From a virus (taxonomy: Duplodnaviria; Caudoviricetes): a stretch of DNA of 32,813 nt. Positions 1 to 7,802 of the stretch are shown here, in pieces. The translations under genes and the position numbers were made by a program. Under the pieces are notes generated by a model. That model ran no database searches. It was given only the letters and a program-made list of their open reading frames with translations, and had not been told where the DNA came from. Location: positions 1-32,813 of IMG/VR virus record IMGVR_UViG_3300030330_003569, one strand, 5' to 3'. The stretch's first letter is position 1. Every line of letters begins with the position of its first letter.

Positions 1-556
1 GGATTTGTTTTTCAAACTTTGCGATTTGTTCATCAGCGCGAGCCATCCATAATTTTGCTTCACCCACGGTGAGTTGGTCATCTTCATTACCATCGGGGCC
101 AAACATATCCTCACGTATTTTGGCGACCCATCCCCATAAAATGCCAGTGCCTAATACTTCTGCGACACTAGCGTCAGTTTCACTTTTTTTGTAACATTGT
201 TTTTTAATATCGTACACATCATTTAACATTAGAGTTATTTCACGTTTTTGTTCGCGTGATGGTTCGCGGATAGGTTCTACTTTAGCTCTTACCATTTTTT
301 CCTCTCGTGATTTTAAAACACATTCATTACATAAGATGTTGTTTTTGCTGACTTTCCACATACGTTTTGTCAATTGTTTTGTGATAGCACCTAAATTTTT
401 AATTTCATTTGCCGTGCCAGCGATAGCAGAGTTTTGACGTTTAGTAGGAGTTGTGGGCCTTGTGCCATGTCTACAGTTTAATAAGACACGCGACCCACAA
501 CTATCGCAAATGCACTCTGCTTGTTCTTTTCCGTTATAAACAGCAGATATTCCCAA
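1..556 (-). CDS. Hypothetical Zn-finger phage protein (partial, runs off left edge; absent from ORF track)
   Basis: Manually translated open frame from TTG at 556 (GAGG upstream): MGISAVYNGKEQAECICDSCG...LCNECV...EPSREQKREITLMLNDVYD...GWVAKIREDMFGPDGNE. No stop before position 1. Two CxxC pairs. Alternative ATG start at 295. Confidence 0.75.
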   Translation of the reverse strand, partial: MGISAVYNGKEQAECICDSCGSRVLLNCRHGTRPTTPTKRQNSAIAGTANEIKNLGAITKQLTKRMWKVSKNNILCNECVLKSREEKMVRAKVEPIREPSREQKREITLMLNDVYDIKKQCYKKSETDASVAEVLGTGILWGWVAKIREDMFGPDGNEDDQLTVGEAKLWMARADEQIAKFEKQI

Positions 557-557
557 G

Positions 558-815
558 TTATTTTTTCCTCTTACTTTTGCTTTCCATCATGGCTATTTCG
601 CGCGTTTTACCACGACACATATTATCTATTATATCCCGAGCACCTGTTTCTTTGAGCAACACGACAGACAGCGCATTATGGAGCGCACTGTATTGCCTGT
701 CGTATCCGTATGGTTGTTCGGGTAATTGGAGTAAGTCCCGCTCGGTGCGGAACTCCTGTTCACATAGGCGTAAGTAATCACTTACTTTAGTGCGCATATT
801 TGCTAGATTAGGCAT
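558..815 (-). CDS. Hypothetical protein (85 aa)
   Basis: Tightly packed ORF overlapping the upstream stop by 8 nt, co-oriented with its neighbours. Confidence 0.7.
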   Translation of the reverse strand: MPNLANMRTKVSDYLRLCEQEFRTERDLLQLPEQPYGYDRQYSALHNALSVVLLKETGARDIIDNMCRGKTREIAMMESKSKRKK

Positions 816-1287
816 TGTTGATAGCCTGTTCTACGATTGCGCGGATGCGTTCGTCGATTTTTTCAGTGAGATCATCGTCTGCTACCATGTTGTCAAAGTC
901 GTAGTTATCAGGGTCAAAGTTATCTGTGCGCACAAAATCGTCTGGGCTGTGTTTTTCCCAGTCTTGTAAAAAATTCATTTGCAAATCTACCCTGTTGTCA
1001 TCGAGCTTTTTAGTAATAGCATCGGCTTGCGCAGCAAGGTCTTCAATACGTGTTTGAATGTGCGGTTTAAGCTCTTCTTTGCGTAGAGTTAGGCGTTTTT
1101 CCAGTGCCTCAACACGATCCATTAAATGGTACATCAGTGTGGTTTGTTCTAACAAAACTAAGTTAAGATTAGCACCAGCTGATTCTACACGTTTTAGCCG
1201 GATCTCGGTTAGACCTTGAACTGGCCCAATAGTAAAATCAGTAGAAAAATCATTATCCACAGAGTCATCGGATACACTTTCTGTCAT
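808..1287 (-). CDS. Hypothetical acidic coiled-coil protein (159 aa)
   Basis: Strong RBS AGAAAGGAG. First gene downstream of the promoter motif at 1347-1387. Confidence 0.8.
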   Translation of the reverse strand: MTESVSDDSVDNDFSTDFTIGPVQGLTEIRLKRVESAGANLNLVLLEQTTLMYHLMDRVEALEKRLTLRKEELKPHIQTRIEDLAAQADAITKKLDDNRVDLQMNFLQDWEKHSPDDFVRTDNFDPDNYDFDNMVADDDLTEKIDERIRAIVEQAINNA

Positions 1288-1346
1288 AACAGGCTCCTTT
1301 CTCGAGCTGTTGGGTTGCGATACGAGACAACCTCGTACCTATTTAT

Positions 1347-1387
1347 ATAATACTTACAGATACTTACATTGATAAATCTTTTTTGTT
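1347..1387 (-). promoter_or_regulatory. Phage promoter P1: A-tract, TTATCA (-35), 17 bp, TATTAT (-10)
   Basis: Minus strand reads AACAAAAAAGATTTATCA-ATGTAAGTATCTGTAAG-TATTAT. A near-identical upstream motif recurs at 3181-3198 and 12127-12144. Confidence 0.7.
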
Positions 1388-1390
1388 CGC

Positions 1391-1645
1391 TTACACTGGT
1401 ATTTTATCAAGTATAAAAAGATTACCGTCGTTATCTTCTTGGATATCGTCATCATCTAATTCAACTTCACAAGACCCACCACATCTATCACAGATAGTTT
1501 CTATCGTATCGATGTAGCCGATATCTCGTGTAAAACTTTGTGGTCGAGGCAAGTCGTATTCTATCCGCCCTTCGCCGTGACATTCAGGACATGGTTTCAT
1601 CATGCCTTTAGTGTAGGGTATCAAAACTTGTTTAGGAACTCTCAT
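1391..1645 (-). CDS. DnaJ-type zinc-finger small protein
   Basis: CPECHGEG and CDRCGGSC (CxxCxGxG-like) motifs. ATGA overlap with the upstream gene. Confidence 0.75.
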   Translation of the reverse strand: MRVPKQVLIPYTKGMMKPCPECHGEGRIEYDLPRPQSFTRDIGYIDTIETICDRCGGSCEVELDDDDIQEDNDGNLFILDKIPV

Positions 1646-2037
1646 GCGCTTTTTACTCTATCGCGGTGATAAATTACGTCTGCCATAAATTCTTCAACCC
1701 ATTCTGTACAACTAGAGTGACGGTCGTTGTGTGTGCCTTTTTGCATGGGTTTGATTTGTAATCTAGTCACGTTGTAAAGACCAATGGGTATAGGGAGTTG
1801 TAAACTTGTTTTGCTTTTCCAACGGAAACTGCCCCACTCATCAGTCCATAAATTATCTACTGCACCATATGCGCAAGCAACAGGTAATCCTGTACCGAGT
1901 CGTGAGGTGTGACTGTTTGCTGCATTACGGATAGCCGTAAAAGGTTCGGTAGCTCTGGCCCAAGTAGCGCCGAGATCTAGTACAACAGCGTGGAAGATAG
2001 TATTATCGCTGCGTATGTATTCGTCATCATCATTCAT
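1642..2037 (-). CDS. Hypothetical protein (131 aa)
   Basis: ORF with overlapping start/stop junctions on both sides and GAGGAG upstream. Confidence 0.75.
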   Translation of the reverse strand: MNDDDEYIRSDNTIFHAVVLDLGATWARATEPFTAIRNAANSHTSRLGTGLPVACAYGAVDNLWTDEWGSFRWKSKTSLQLPIPIGLYNVTRLQIKPMQKGTHNDRHSSCTEWVEEFMADVIYHRDRVKSA

Positions 2038-2266
2038 TTAGTTCATTCTCCTCTGGTTTAATTTTGGGTTTGATAATTTTGGTAGACATTACTTCCGTAG
2101 CGATGCAGTGAGCATTAGCATCAGGCAAAATTGTGCGAGTTGGCTCTACAACAACTCTTATAAGTTTGTCGCAATCAGCCATGCTTTCTAATACAAACTT
2201 AGTCTGTATATGCTCATCCTGAACATAGTAAGACAAAATAAGTATTGTAAAAAATTCAATTGTCAT
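2030..2266 (-). CDS. Small membrane-anchored/secreted protein (about 78 aa)
   Basis: Start reassigned to ATG at 2266 (ATGA overlap with the 31-aa ORF). N-terminal hydrophobic stretch FFTILILSYY and two Cys. Confidence 0.65.
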   Translation of the reverse strand: MTIEFFTILILSYYVQDEHIQTKFVLESMADCDKLIRVVVEPTRTILPDANAHCIATEVMSTKIIKPKIKPEENELNE

Positions 2267-2358
2267 CCCCACCATCCCCACACAATACCAAAAACAAAAA
2301 CTGCACTACCCACGAGGGTAATGCAGAAAATGATATAATCTTGCCAATCGGGTTTCAT
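2263..2358 (-). CDS. 31-aa single-pass membrane peptide (absent from ORF track)
   Basis: MKPDWQDYIIFCITLVGSAVFVFGIVWGWWG. ATGA overlaps at both ends exactly fill the gap. Confidence 0.7.
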   Translation of the reverse strand: MKPDWQDYIIFCITLVGSAVFVFGIVWGWWG

Positions 2359-2558
2359 TGGAACAACTGTTTATATTCGTGGTCATTTAAAAACTGACCA
2401 AACGGTTCTTCTGGGCAAAATTCCTGCCATAATGCCCACTCTTTACGGAATGTATCGGCATCGTCGCCTTGTAAGTAAAAGGACCACCCTGCCTCATGTT
2501 GTTTGACGGTAATGCCATGTACACCGTCATCTTTCATACTGTAACCACCTATAGTCAT
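2355..2558 (-). CDS. Hypothetical protein (67 aa)
   Basis: ATGA-coupled to genes on both sides. Confidence 0.7.
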   Translation of the reverse strand: MTIGGYSMKDDGVHGITVKQHEAGWSFYLQGDDADTFRKEWALWQEFCPEEPFGQFLNDHEYKQLFQ

Positions 2559-2734
2559 AACGCCTTCTCGTATTTCTGATCCACAAAGTGAAACTCATCC
2601 TTGGTTGTCGTCCGATACAGCATACCGTCGCCAATCCACTGCTTGTTCCAACCCATGAAATCCATGAGCTTGGCCGAAGAAATGCAATCCTGCATTTCTT
2701 CTTCGCCTAGTAACCTTTCACAAGTTATTTTCAT
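2555..2734 (-). CDS. Hypothetical protein (about 59 aa)
   Basis: Likely start is the ATG at 2734 (MKITCERLLG), just after the upstream stop. Confidence 0.6.
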   Translation of the reverse strand: MKITCERLLGEEEMQDCISSAKLMDFMGWNKQWIGDGMLYRTTTKDEFHFVDQKYEKAL

Positions 2735-2735
2735 A

Positions 2736-3122
2736 TTAATACTCGCTTGGTAAGAGACAAACATTGTTTGTCAGGTAAAATTTCCAATCACCAACATACG
2801 CATCGGTGTAATCGATTGTTTTGCGATAAAGTTCTCCGCTATTACCATCGGTTACATTTATCACAGCTTGGTTTTGTTCGTTAACTTTAAGAGTAATAGC
2901 CAAAAACTCTTCTTGTTCCTGTAACTCTGCTACCTCAGTAGCTATAATATCTAAAAACCAGTATGCTCCGTTGCCCATGTGCTCGGCAAAAAACTTTACA
3001 CCATCGGTGTACAAAAAGTTGTGACATAATGGATGCCGATACCAAGTATCAGTGCCGTGGAACATCGCGAGGTTGCCAGCAAGGTCTTGTGCAAGCTGGA
3101 TATCATTTTTTTCTTCTAACAT
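2736..3122 (-). CDS. DUF6876-like phage protein
   Basis: LAMFHGTDTWYRH...LYTDGVKFFAE...GAYWFLDII...VTDGN...I.YTD...LLPSEY pattern typical of this family. RBS AGAAAGGAG. Confidence 0.7.
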   Translation of the reverse strand: MLEEKNDIQLAQDLAGNLAMFHGTDTWYRHPLCHNFLYTDGVKFFAEHMGNGAYWFLDIIATEVAELQEQEEFLAITLKVNEQNQAVINVTDGNSGELYRKTIDYTDAYVGDWKFYLTNNVCLLPSEY

Positions 3123-3157
3123 TTAACAACTCCTTTCTATGAGTAAATGCTACATAC

Positions 3158-3198
3158 ATGGTATAATTAGATTAATTATATGATAAGTCTTTTTTTGT
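3158..3198 (-). promoter_or_regulatory. Phage promoter P2: A-tract, TTATCA, 17 bp, TACCAT
   Basis: Minus strand reads ACAAAAAAAGACTTATCA-TATAATTAATCTAATTA-TACCAT. The spacer region holds an 8-bp inverted repeat TATAATTA/TAATTATA. Confidence 0.7.
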
Positions 3199-3203
3199 AA
3201 AAT

Positions 3204-3434
3204 TTAATCAGTACATTTGGTAAACTCTTGTTGAGTCCAGTGAGCTCCAATCAAAAATCCACACTCACTACATCCTATACCTCCTGTTTGGTCTGCAAGG
3301 AGCATAAATGATGCAGACCCACAGAGTGAACAAAGCAAAACATCAACTTCTTTCTTTTCAACTAACCAGTCTTCCTCGGTAGAATGGGAACATCGTGGTT
3401 TAAAAGGAATAACATTACTTGTTTCCGCTGCCAT
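3204..3434 (-). CDS. Small Zn-ribbon protein (about 76 aa)
   Basis: CSLCG...CSECG. Start reassigned to ATG 3434 (MAAETSNVIPFKP), directly after the stop of the 59-aa ORF. Confidence 0.7.
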   Translation of the reverse strand: MAAETSNVIPFKPRCSHSTEEDWLVEKKEVDVLLCSLCGSASFMLLADQTGGIGCSECGFLIGAHWTQQEFTKCTD

Positions 3435-3435
3435 A

Positions 3436-3615
3436 TCACTTCTTTTTTCCGCTCTTACGTTTTTTATGAACAATATTATCCACTGCAATATCTACACGCT
3501 CTTTTTCATCTTCCCAAGGAGCTTTGGACATAGTAACTGTTTTACCCTCTTCTCGTCTTTTTTTGTCCCATAAACCTTGTGCCGCAAACCGATTCGACCC
3601 TGCGTATTTATTCAT
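3436..3615 (-). CDS. 59-aa basic protein (absent from ORF track)
   Basis: MNKYAGSNRFAAQGLWDKKRREEGKTVTMSKAPWEDEKERVDIAVDNIVHKKRKSGKKK. Fills the gap between 3619 and 3434, with AAGGG upstream. Confidence 0.65.
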   Translation of the reverse strand: MNKYAGSNRFAAQGLWDKKRREEGKTVTMSKAPWEDEKERVDIAVDNIVHKKRKSGKKK

Positions 3616-3618
3616 TAT

Positions 3619-3822
3619 TTATCCCTTTTGTTCTATTGATTCTGTATGGTCCTCAACTAATAAAGCATGGCAAGCATTGCAATAGATACCGCCTTCAGGT
3701 TGGTCATCAGAGTTTAAAAACACTTCGCCGCGTGTTGATGCACCACAAAAATCACAGTTGATGAAGTTTTTGTAAAATCGGATCGAGTGAGGTTTCAGGT
3801 TGTTCCGGATGTGTGAGTTCAT
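3619..3822 (-). CDS. Small Zn-finger protein (67 aa)
   Basis: CDFCG...CNAC. RBS GGAGGT upstream. Confidence 0.7.
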   Translation of the reverse strand: MNSHIRNNLKPHSIRFYKNFINCDFCGASTRGEVFLNSDDQPEGGIYCNACHALLVEDHTESIEQKG

Positions 3823-4354
3823 TTAATACCTCCTCTACTTTAATAAACTCTTTATGATCTTGATAATTTTCTATTAAATACCTACGCCCTTTTTGATAAA
3901 CACCTCTGGCTAAACTGTTGCCGCGTTGCATCAATCTGTAGCAGTGCATGATTAATTCTAATTTATCAGCCATATTACAGAGATGTTTTTCATCTACTGT
4001 TACCGTAACACAATTTTTACCGATACCAAGACTTGTTTCGTACTCTTGTTCTAAACGGTCTAACATTTGTGCAAATTCTGTATACTTCCACTTAGTTGTG
4101 GCTGGAATATCGCCGACTTCACCTTCGGCGACATCATGGTACATCATATGTAAAAGAGCATTTTTACTAATATCGGGCCAAAGTGTGTGTAAAATCACCA
4201 TAGCTCGCCAAGAATGGGCTGCTACGTTTTGGCCATCGGTTAATTCCGGACGTGTATGGTATCGTAATACATGACCGCCTTTAAATTTCTTATAAATTTG
4301 ATGTAATGTTAAGTTAGCATCTCGCTGTGTTGGTGTTTTAACCCTCTTGTCCAT
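3752..4354 (-). CDS. HD-domain deoxynucleotide phosphohydrolase (YfbR/DatZ-like)
   Basis: RYH...QNVAAHSW...YHDVAEGEVGDIP.TTK...ADKLE motif set of YfbR-type HD enzymes. Start at ATG 4354 with GGAG RBS. Confidence 0.85.
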   Translation of the reverse strand: MDKRVKTPTQRDANLTLHQIYKKFKGGHVLRYHTRPELTDGQNVAAHSWRAMVILHTLWPDISKNALLHMMYHDVAEGEVGDIPATTKWKYTEFAQMLDRLEQEYETSLGIGKNCVTVTVDEKHLCNMADKLELIMHCYRLMQRGNSLARGVYQKGRRYLIENYQDHKEFIKVEEVLNELTHPEQPETSLDPILQKLHQL

Positions 4355-6228
4355 GGTTTCTCCGTAAATGTTTGTTTTGCCTCCCCCCAATTTGGCCCAA
4401 ACTCTGCATCTACGACGGAGGGTACTTCTAATTTGACGCAGGTTTCCATTATTTCCGCAATTTGTTTGGCCTGTTTTTCATTTTGTACGGAAATATCTAA
4501 CTCATCGTGTACTTGTATCATAGGTAAAATACCTTCTTCAGCTAAAGCACACATTGCAGCTTTAGTTTGATCTGCTGCACTACCTTGGATTAATTTATTA
4601 AGAGCTTTGTAAGTAAACGCACGTTTGATAGCAGGGCCATGTTCACTAAACGCTTCTTTATAATTCATGGGTTTCCAACTACCATACTTATTAGGTTCCC
4701 ATTTGTCAAACCTACAACGGCGTCCTAACAAGGTGCGGATTACACCTTTAGTAGAGGCACGATTTACTGTGTATTCACTTAACTCGCGTACAAACGGCAC
4801 TTTGTCGTGATAAGTAGCAAATAAGTCTTGTGCATCTTCAAACTCTAACCCAAGACTTGCCGCGAGCTTTTTACTGCCCATCCCATAAAACAGCCCGAGG
4901 TTTATATCTTTAGCTTGTTTACGAGGAACACCCACAATATCCGCAGCCATTTGGTGGAAGTCGGTACGTGCATCTTCATTGTACTGCGCAGCAAACTCAG
5001 AAGCCCCTCTGAAGCCCATGAGTTTAGCATAATGCACAACTATGCGCGGTTCTTGGCTAGAGTAATCGAACGCGCCCCATAACGCTCCTTCTTCTGGTAA
5101 AAATAAACTACGTATCATAGGGCCAATCTCGCCGTGCCGTGCTGGTATCTGCTGCAAGTTCGGGTTGCTGTAGCTAAACCGACCAGTGACCGTACCACCA
5201 TCATCACTACGCAGTGGATGTAACTCAGCGTGAATACGTCCATTTACCTGATGTTTTAATATTGTATCAACAAAAGTACTTCGTGCTTTTTGGTACTCAC
5301 GCGCTTGTACTATCATTTGGGGCACTTCATGGGGGTGATTACTTAAAAATCCTTTTGTAAATGATGGTGCTCCTGTTTTTTCTGTTTTGGTGTAGGTTAA
5401 GCCGAGGGAGTCAAATGCTTTTGCCACACTTTCAGCCGCCCATATTTCAACTGCAACACCTGTTTGCTTTGTGATGTTGTCAAGTAATCGTTTTTCTCGT
5501 ATTTGCAAATCTTGTTTAATATGTTCTGCTTTTTGCAAATCCACCCTTACGCCATGTTGTCGCATAGGTATAATTGTATTTAAGACACGCAACTCAAGGT
5601 TAAAAATGTCTGAGATATCTTCTTTAATTATTAATGTTTTAAAATGCTGCCACAACTTCAAGGTGAGTGCCGCATCTTGTTCTGCGTATTTACCGACATA
5701 TGCGGCTGGAAGTTTATACATTTCGCTTTTAGCATTTACACCAAAGGCTTCGGCGGCTTCGCGTAATTCGCCTTCACTTTTTCTATCTTGTAAATAATCC
5801 CTGCCAAGAGCGTTTAAGGCGTAACTGAATCTGTTTTCGTCGAGCAAGGGCGCAGCGACCATCGTATCAATAATTCTACCTTTGATATGCACATCGTTAG
5901 CGAGCAACCACCCAACATCATAAGGAGCATTGTGGAAAATATAATCACGTTTAATTGACACAACATCTCGCAACCATTTCAGTGTCATTTTTACATCAAA
6001 ATTAGAACCAATCTCATGCCGTATAGGAAAGTACCATTGATCACTACTTACAGCTACAGCTATCCCAATAATATGCCCATCTTTACGAGGCCACCCTGAC
6101 CCAAGTGTAGTGAGGTTTGGGTCACGTGTTTCTAAATCTATAGCTACTTCTTTAGCTGAACTAAGATCAGGATAACCATCAGGCATCACCCATTCTGTAG
6201 GTGGTTTAAACAGAGGGAGTTGCTGCAT
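4309..6228 (-). CDS. polA: Family A DNA polymerase with 3'-5' exonuclease domain
   Basis: ExoI DLET, ExoII FHNAPYD, ExoIII YAEQD, TVTGRFS..NPNLQQIP, motif A DYSSQEPR, motif B RKQAKDINLGLFYGMG, motif C QVHDE. Confidence 0.97.
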   Translation of the reverse strand: MQQLPLFKPPTEWVMPDGYPDLSSAKEVAIDLETRDPNLTTLGSGWPRKDGHIIGIAVAVSSDQWYFPIRHEIGSNFDVKMTLKWLRDVVSIKRDYIFHNAPYDVGWLLANDVHIKGRIIDTMVAAPLLDENRFSYALNALGRDYLQDRKSEGELREAAEAFGVNAKSEMYKLPAAYVGKYAEQDAALTLKLWQHFKTLIIKEDISDIFNLELRVLNTIIPMRQHGVRVDLQKAEHIKQDLQIREKRLLDNITKQTGVAVEIWAAESVAKAFDSLGLTYTKTEKTGAPSFTKGFLSNHPHEVPQMIVQAREYQKARSTFVDTILKHQVNGRIHAELHPLRSDDGGTVTGRFSYSNPNLQQIPARHGEIGPMIRSLFLPEEGALWGAFDYSSQEPRIVVHYAKLMGFRGASEFAAQYNEDARTDFHQMAADIVGVPRKQAKDINLGLFYGMGSKKLAASLGLEFEDAQDLFATYHDKVPFVRELSEYTVNRASTKGVIRTLLGRRCRFDKWEPNKYGSWKPMNYKEAFSEHGPAIKRAFTYKALNKLIQGSAADQTKAAMCALAEEGILPMIQVHDELDISVQNEKQAKQIAEIMETCVKLEVPSVVDAEFGPNWGEAKQTFTEKPWTRGLKHQHSEMLT

Positions 6229-6433
6229 TGGGTAAAACTTTCATAGGTTGCTTGCATTTAGGACAATGAGGCCAACGGTTTTTAAGGGTTCTAAAAGTAA
6301 TACCTTTTGTATGACCACACTCACAAACTGCTACAACTGGTTCATCTAGTTTTCCATTCGTCCCTTGATTCGAGGAAGTTTGCTTCGTCTTCGAATAAGT
6401 CTGGTTCATTGTTTGTACCATGTATGTGTTCAT
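6206..6433 (-). CDS. Small Zn-ribbon protein (start uncertain)
   Basis: CECGH...CPKCKQPM. Bridges the Nmad1 gene and polA with overlaps on both sides. Confidence 0.55.
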   Translation of the reverse strand: MNTYMVQTMNQTYSKTKQTSSNQGTNGKLDEPVVAVCECGHTKGITFRTLKNRWPHCPKCKQPMKVLPNAATPSV

Positions 6434-6755
6434 TCATCCGTGTTATTTCAGCTTCAACAAGTAACAGGTAACGACGTAAGTCGCGTATATCATCTATAAT
6501 GCCTTCATCACGTTTATCTTCATGCGCAGCTTGAAATATATCCCATTTAAATTTTTTGGTTTGTTTTTCTAACCTATCCCATTTACGTGCTAACATCATA
6601 AACGCACCTACGCCTCCACGTTGTTTCCAACTATCGCCATAGCTTTGTTCTGCAGTGTGCAGACCTTCAACATCTTTACAGGCTACTTTCTTTACCTGTA
6701 ATATCATTTCGCTATACTTTTCTTTTACAGGTGGTACGCTCAAATTTAAAGGCAT
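6342..6755 (-). CDS. Nucleotide-modification-associated domain 1 (Nmad1/DUF1599-like) all-alpha protein
   Basis: SYGDSWKQRG...MLARKWDRL...IIDDIRDLRRYLLL pattern. TAATG coupling to the hydroxymethylase stop gives a start at 6755. Confidence 0.75.
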   Translation of the reverse strand: MPLNLSVPPVKEKYSEMILQVKKVACKDVEGLHTAEQSYGDSWKQRGGVGAFMMLARKWDRLEKQTKKFKWDIFQAAHEDKRDEGIIDDIRDLRRYLLLVEAEITRMNEHIHGTNNEPDLFEDEANFLESRDEWKTR

Positions 6756-7762
6756 TACATTCTCCTCTCTAACCATTGACAACATGCCTTACGCCATGCC
6801 CGATCTTCAATTGTTGCAGATATTTCAAGCGCTGCGGTGATATCTTTTTCTTTCCATTTCTGCCAAGAACGTAACATCGGTGTAGCAGTAAGATGAAAAT
6901 AGTTATTATAAAACGTACCACTTGGATCAACAAACCAGTCTTGTAGTTCTTTATCAAAACACCACGCATGGTTTACTAATCTTGGTGGGACGTAATTTAA
7001 CCCATCATCGTTTAATGTAAGGTATGGGTCATAATCTGGTAACATGTCATCTAATTTATTTAACACATCTACATAAGCGTGTAAGTTATTAGAAAACTGA
7101 TAATAGGTACCAACAGTACAATAAAACTTGTTCATCTCCCGTGTGGACTGAGTAAAATTCAACATAGCAGCCATATATTCATGCAGCATAGACATATGCA
7201 CGGCATTTGCTCCATAAGCTCCCCAAATCATATCATTACTGCGATTAGCTACCGTCATATTAAGTTTATTATCGCGCACCCAAAAATAGATCTGTGTATT
7301 GCAAGGGTAGTCTTTACCATCATTTGTGTACACAAGGTCTTCCCATGGATCCCACATACCTATTACTGTGCGACGATCATTTTCATATGTTTGTAAACGG
7401 TGGATTGCTATTTGTAATTGATCTTTAGTAAACCACTCACGCCATCTAAACCCATATGCGCCGTGGAAGTGTTCGCCATCATCGCTGTATGTATTTATAC
7501 GACCGTTAAACTGGCTAATCCATGCAACATCATTACGCCCTGCCAACATCCATAATCCTTCCATAAAATGAAAAAACGGATTAGCATCACGTTGTGGGTA
7601 AAACAGAACTCTTTCTGTACTTACTTTATATGTTGTCATTACAGGGGTAGGAAACTCTAATGCTTTACCATTACGAGTATCTACTTCGACCCCTTCGATA
7701 TCAATTGCTTGCTTGGCTAAGTACAATGCCTCGCTTACGTTTCTAGCTACTATAGACCGCAT
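6755..7762 (-). CDS. Thymidylate-synthase-family enzyme, probably dUMP hydroxymethylase
   Basis: TRNG, ANPFF..E.LWML.G.ND, AYGFRW, catalytic PCN, RSNDMIWGAYGAN (Asn, dUMP-type), NLHAY. C-terminal extension resembles YuA/M6-type enzymes. Lies near the 5-hmdU kinase. Confidence 0.85.
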   Translation of the reverse strand: MRSIVARNVSEALYLAKQAIDIEGVEVDTRNGKALEFPTPVMTTYKVSTERVLFYPQRDANPFFHFMEGLWMLAGRNDVAWISQFNGRINTYSDDGEHFHGAYGFRWREWFTKDQLQIAIHRLQTYENDRRTVIGMWDPWEDLVYTNDGKDYPCNTQIYFWVRDNKLNMTVANRSNDMIWGAYGANAVHMSMLHEYMAAMLNFTQSTREMNKFYCTVGTYYQFSNNLHAYVDVLNKLDDMLPDYDPYLTLNDDGLNYVPPRLVNHAWCFDKELQDWFVDPSGTFYNNYFHLTATPMLRSWQKWKEKDITAALEISATIEDRAWRKACCQWLERRM

Positions 7763-7802
7763 ATGCGCCCCCCTCGATTGCGTTGTTTGTTTTTATAGGG
7801 CA

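Noticed and set aside
3752-6228. Z-genome (2-aminoadenine) system suggested by a DatZ-like HD gene beside PolA
   Set aside because: No PurZ/PurA-like gene in the window, and the neighbours point to pyrimidine (hmU) chemistry.
6755-7762. Ordinary ThyA
   Set aside because: Lacks the LPPCH and PFN motifs, has a long C-terminal extension, and sits among modification genes.
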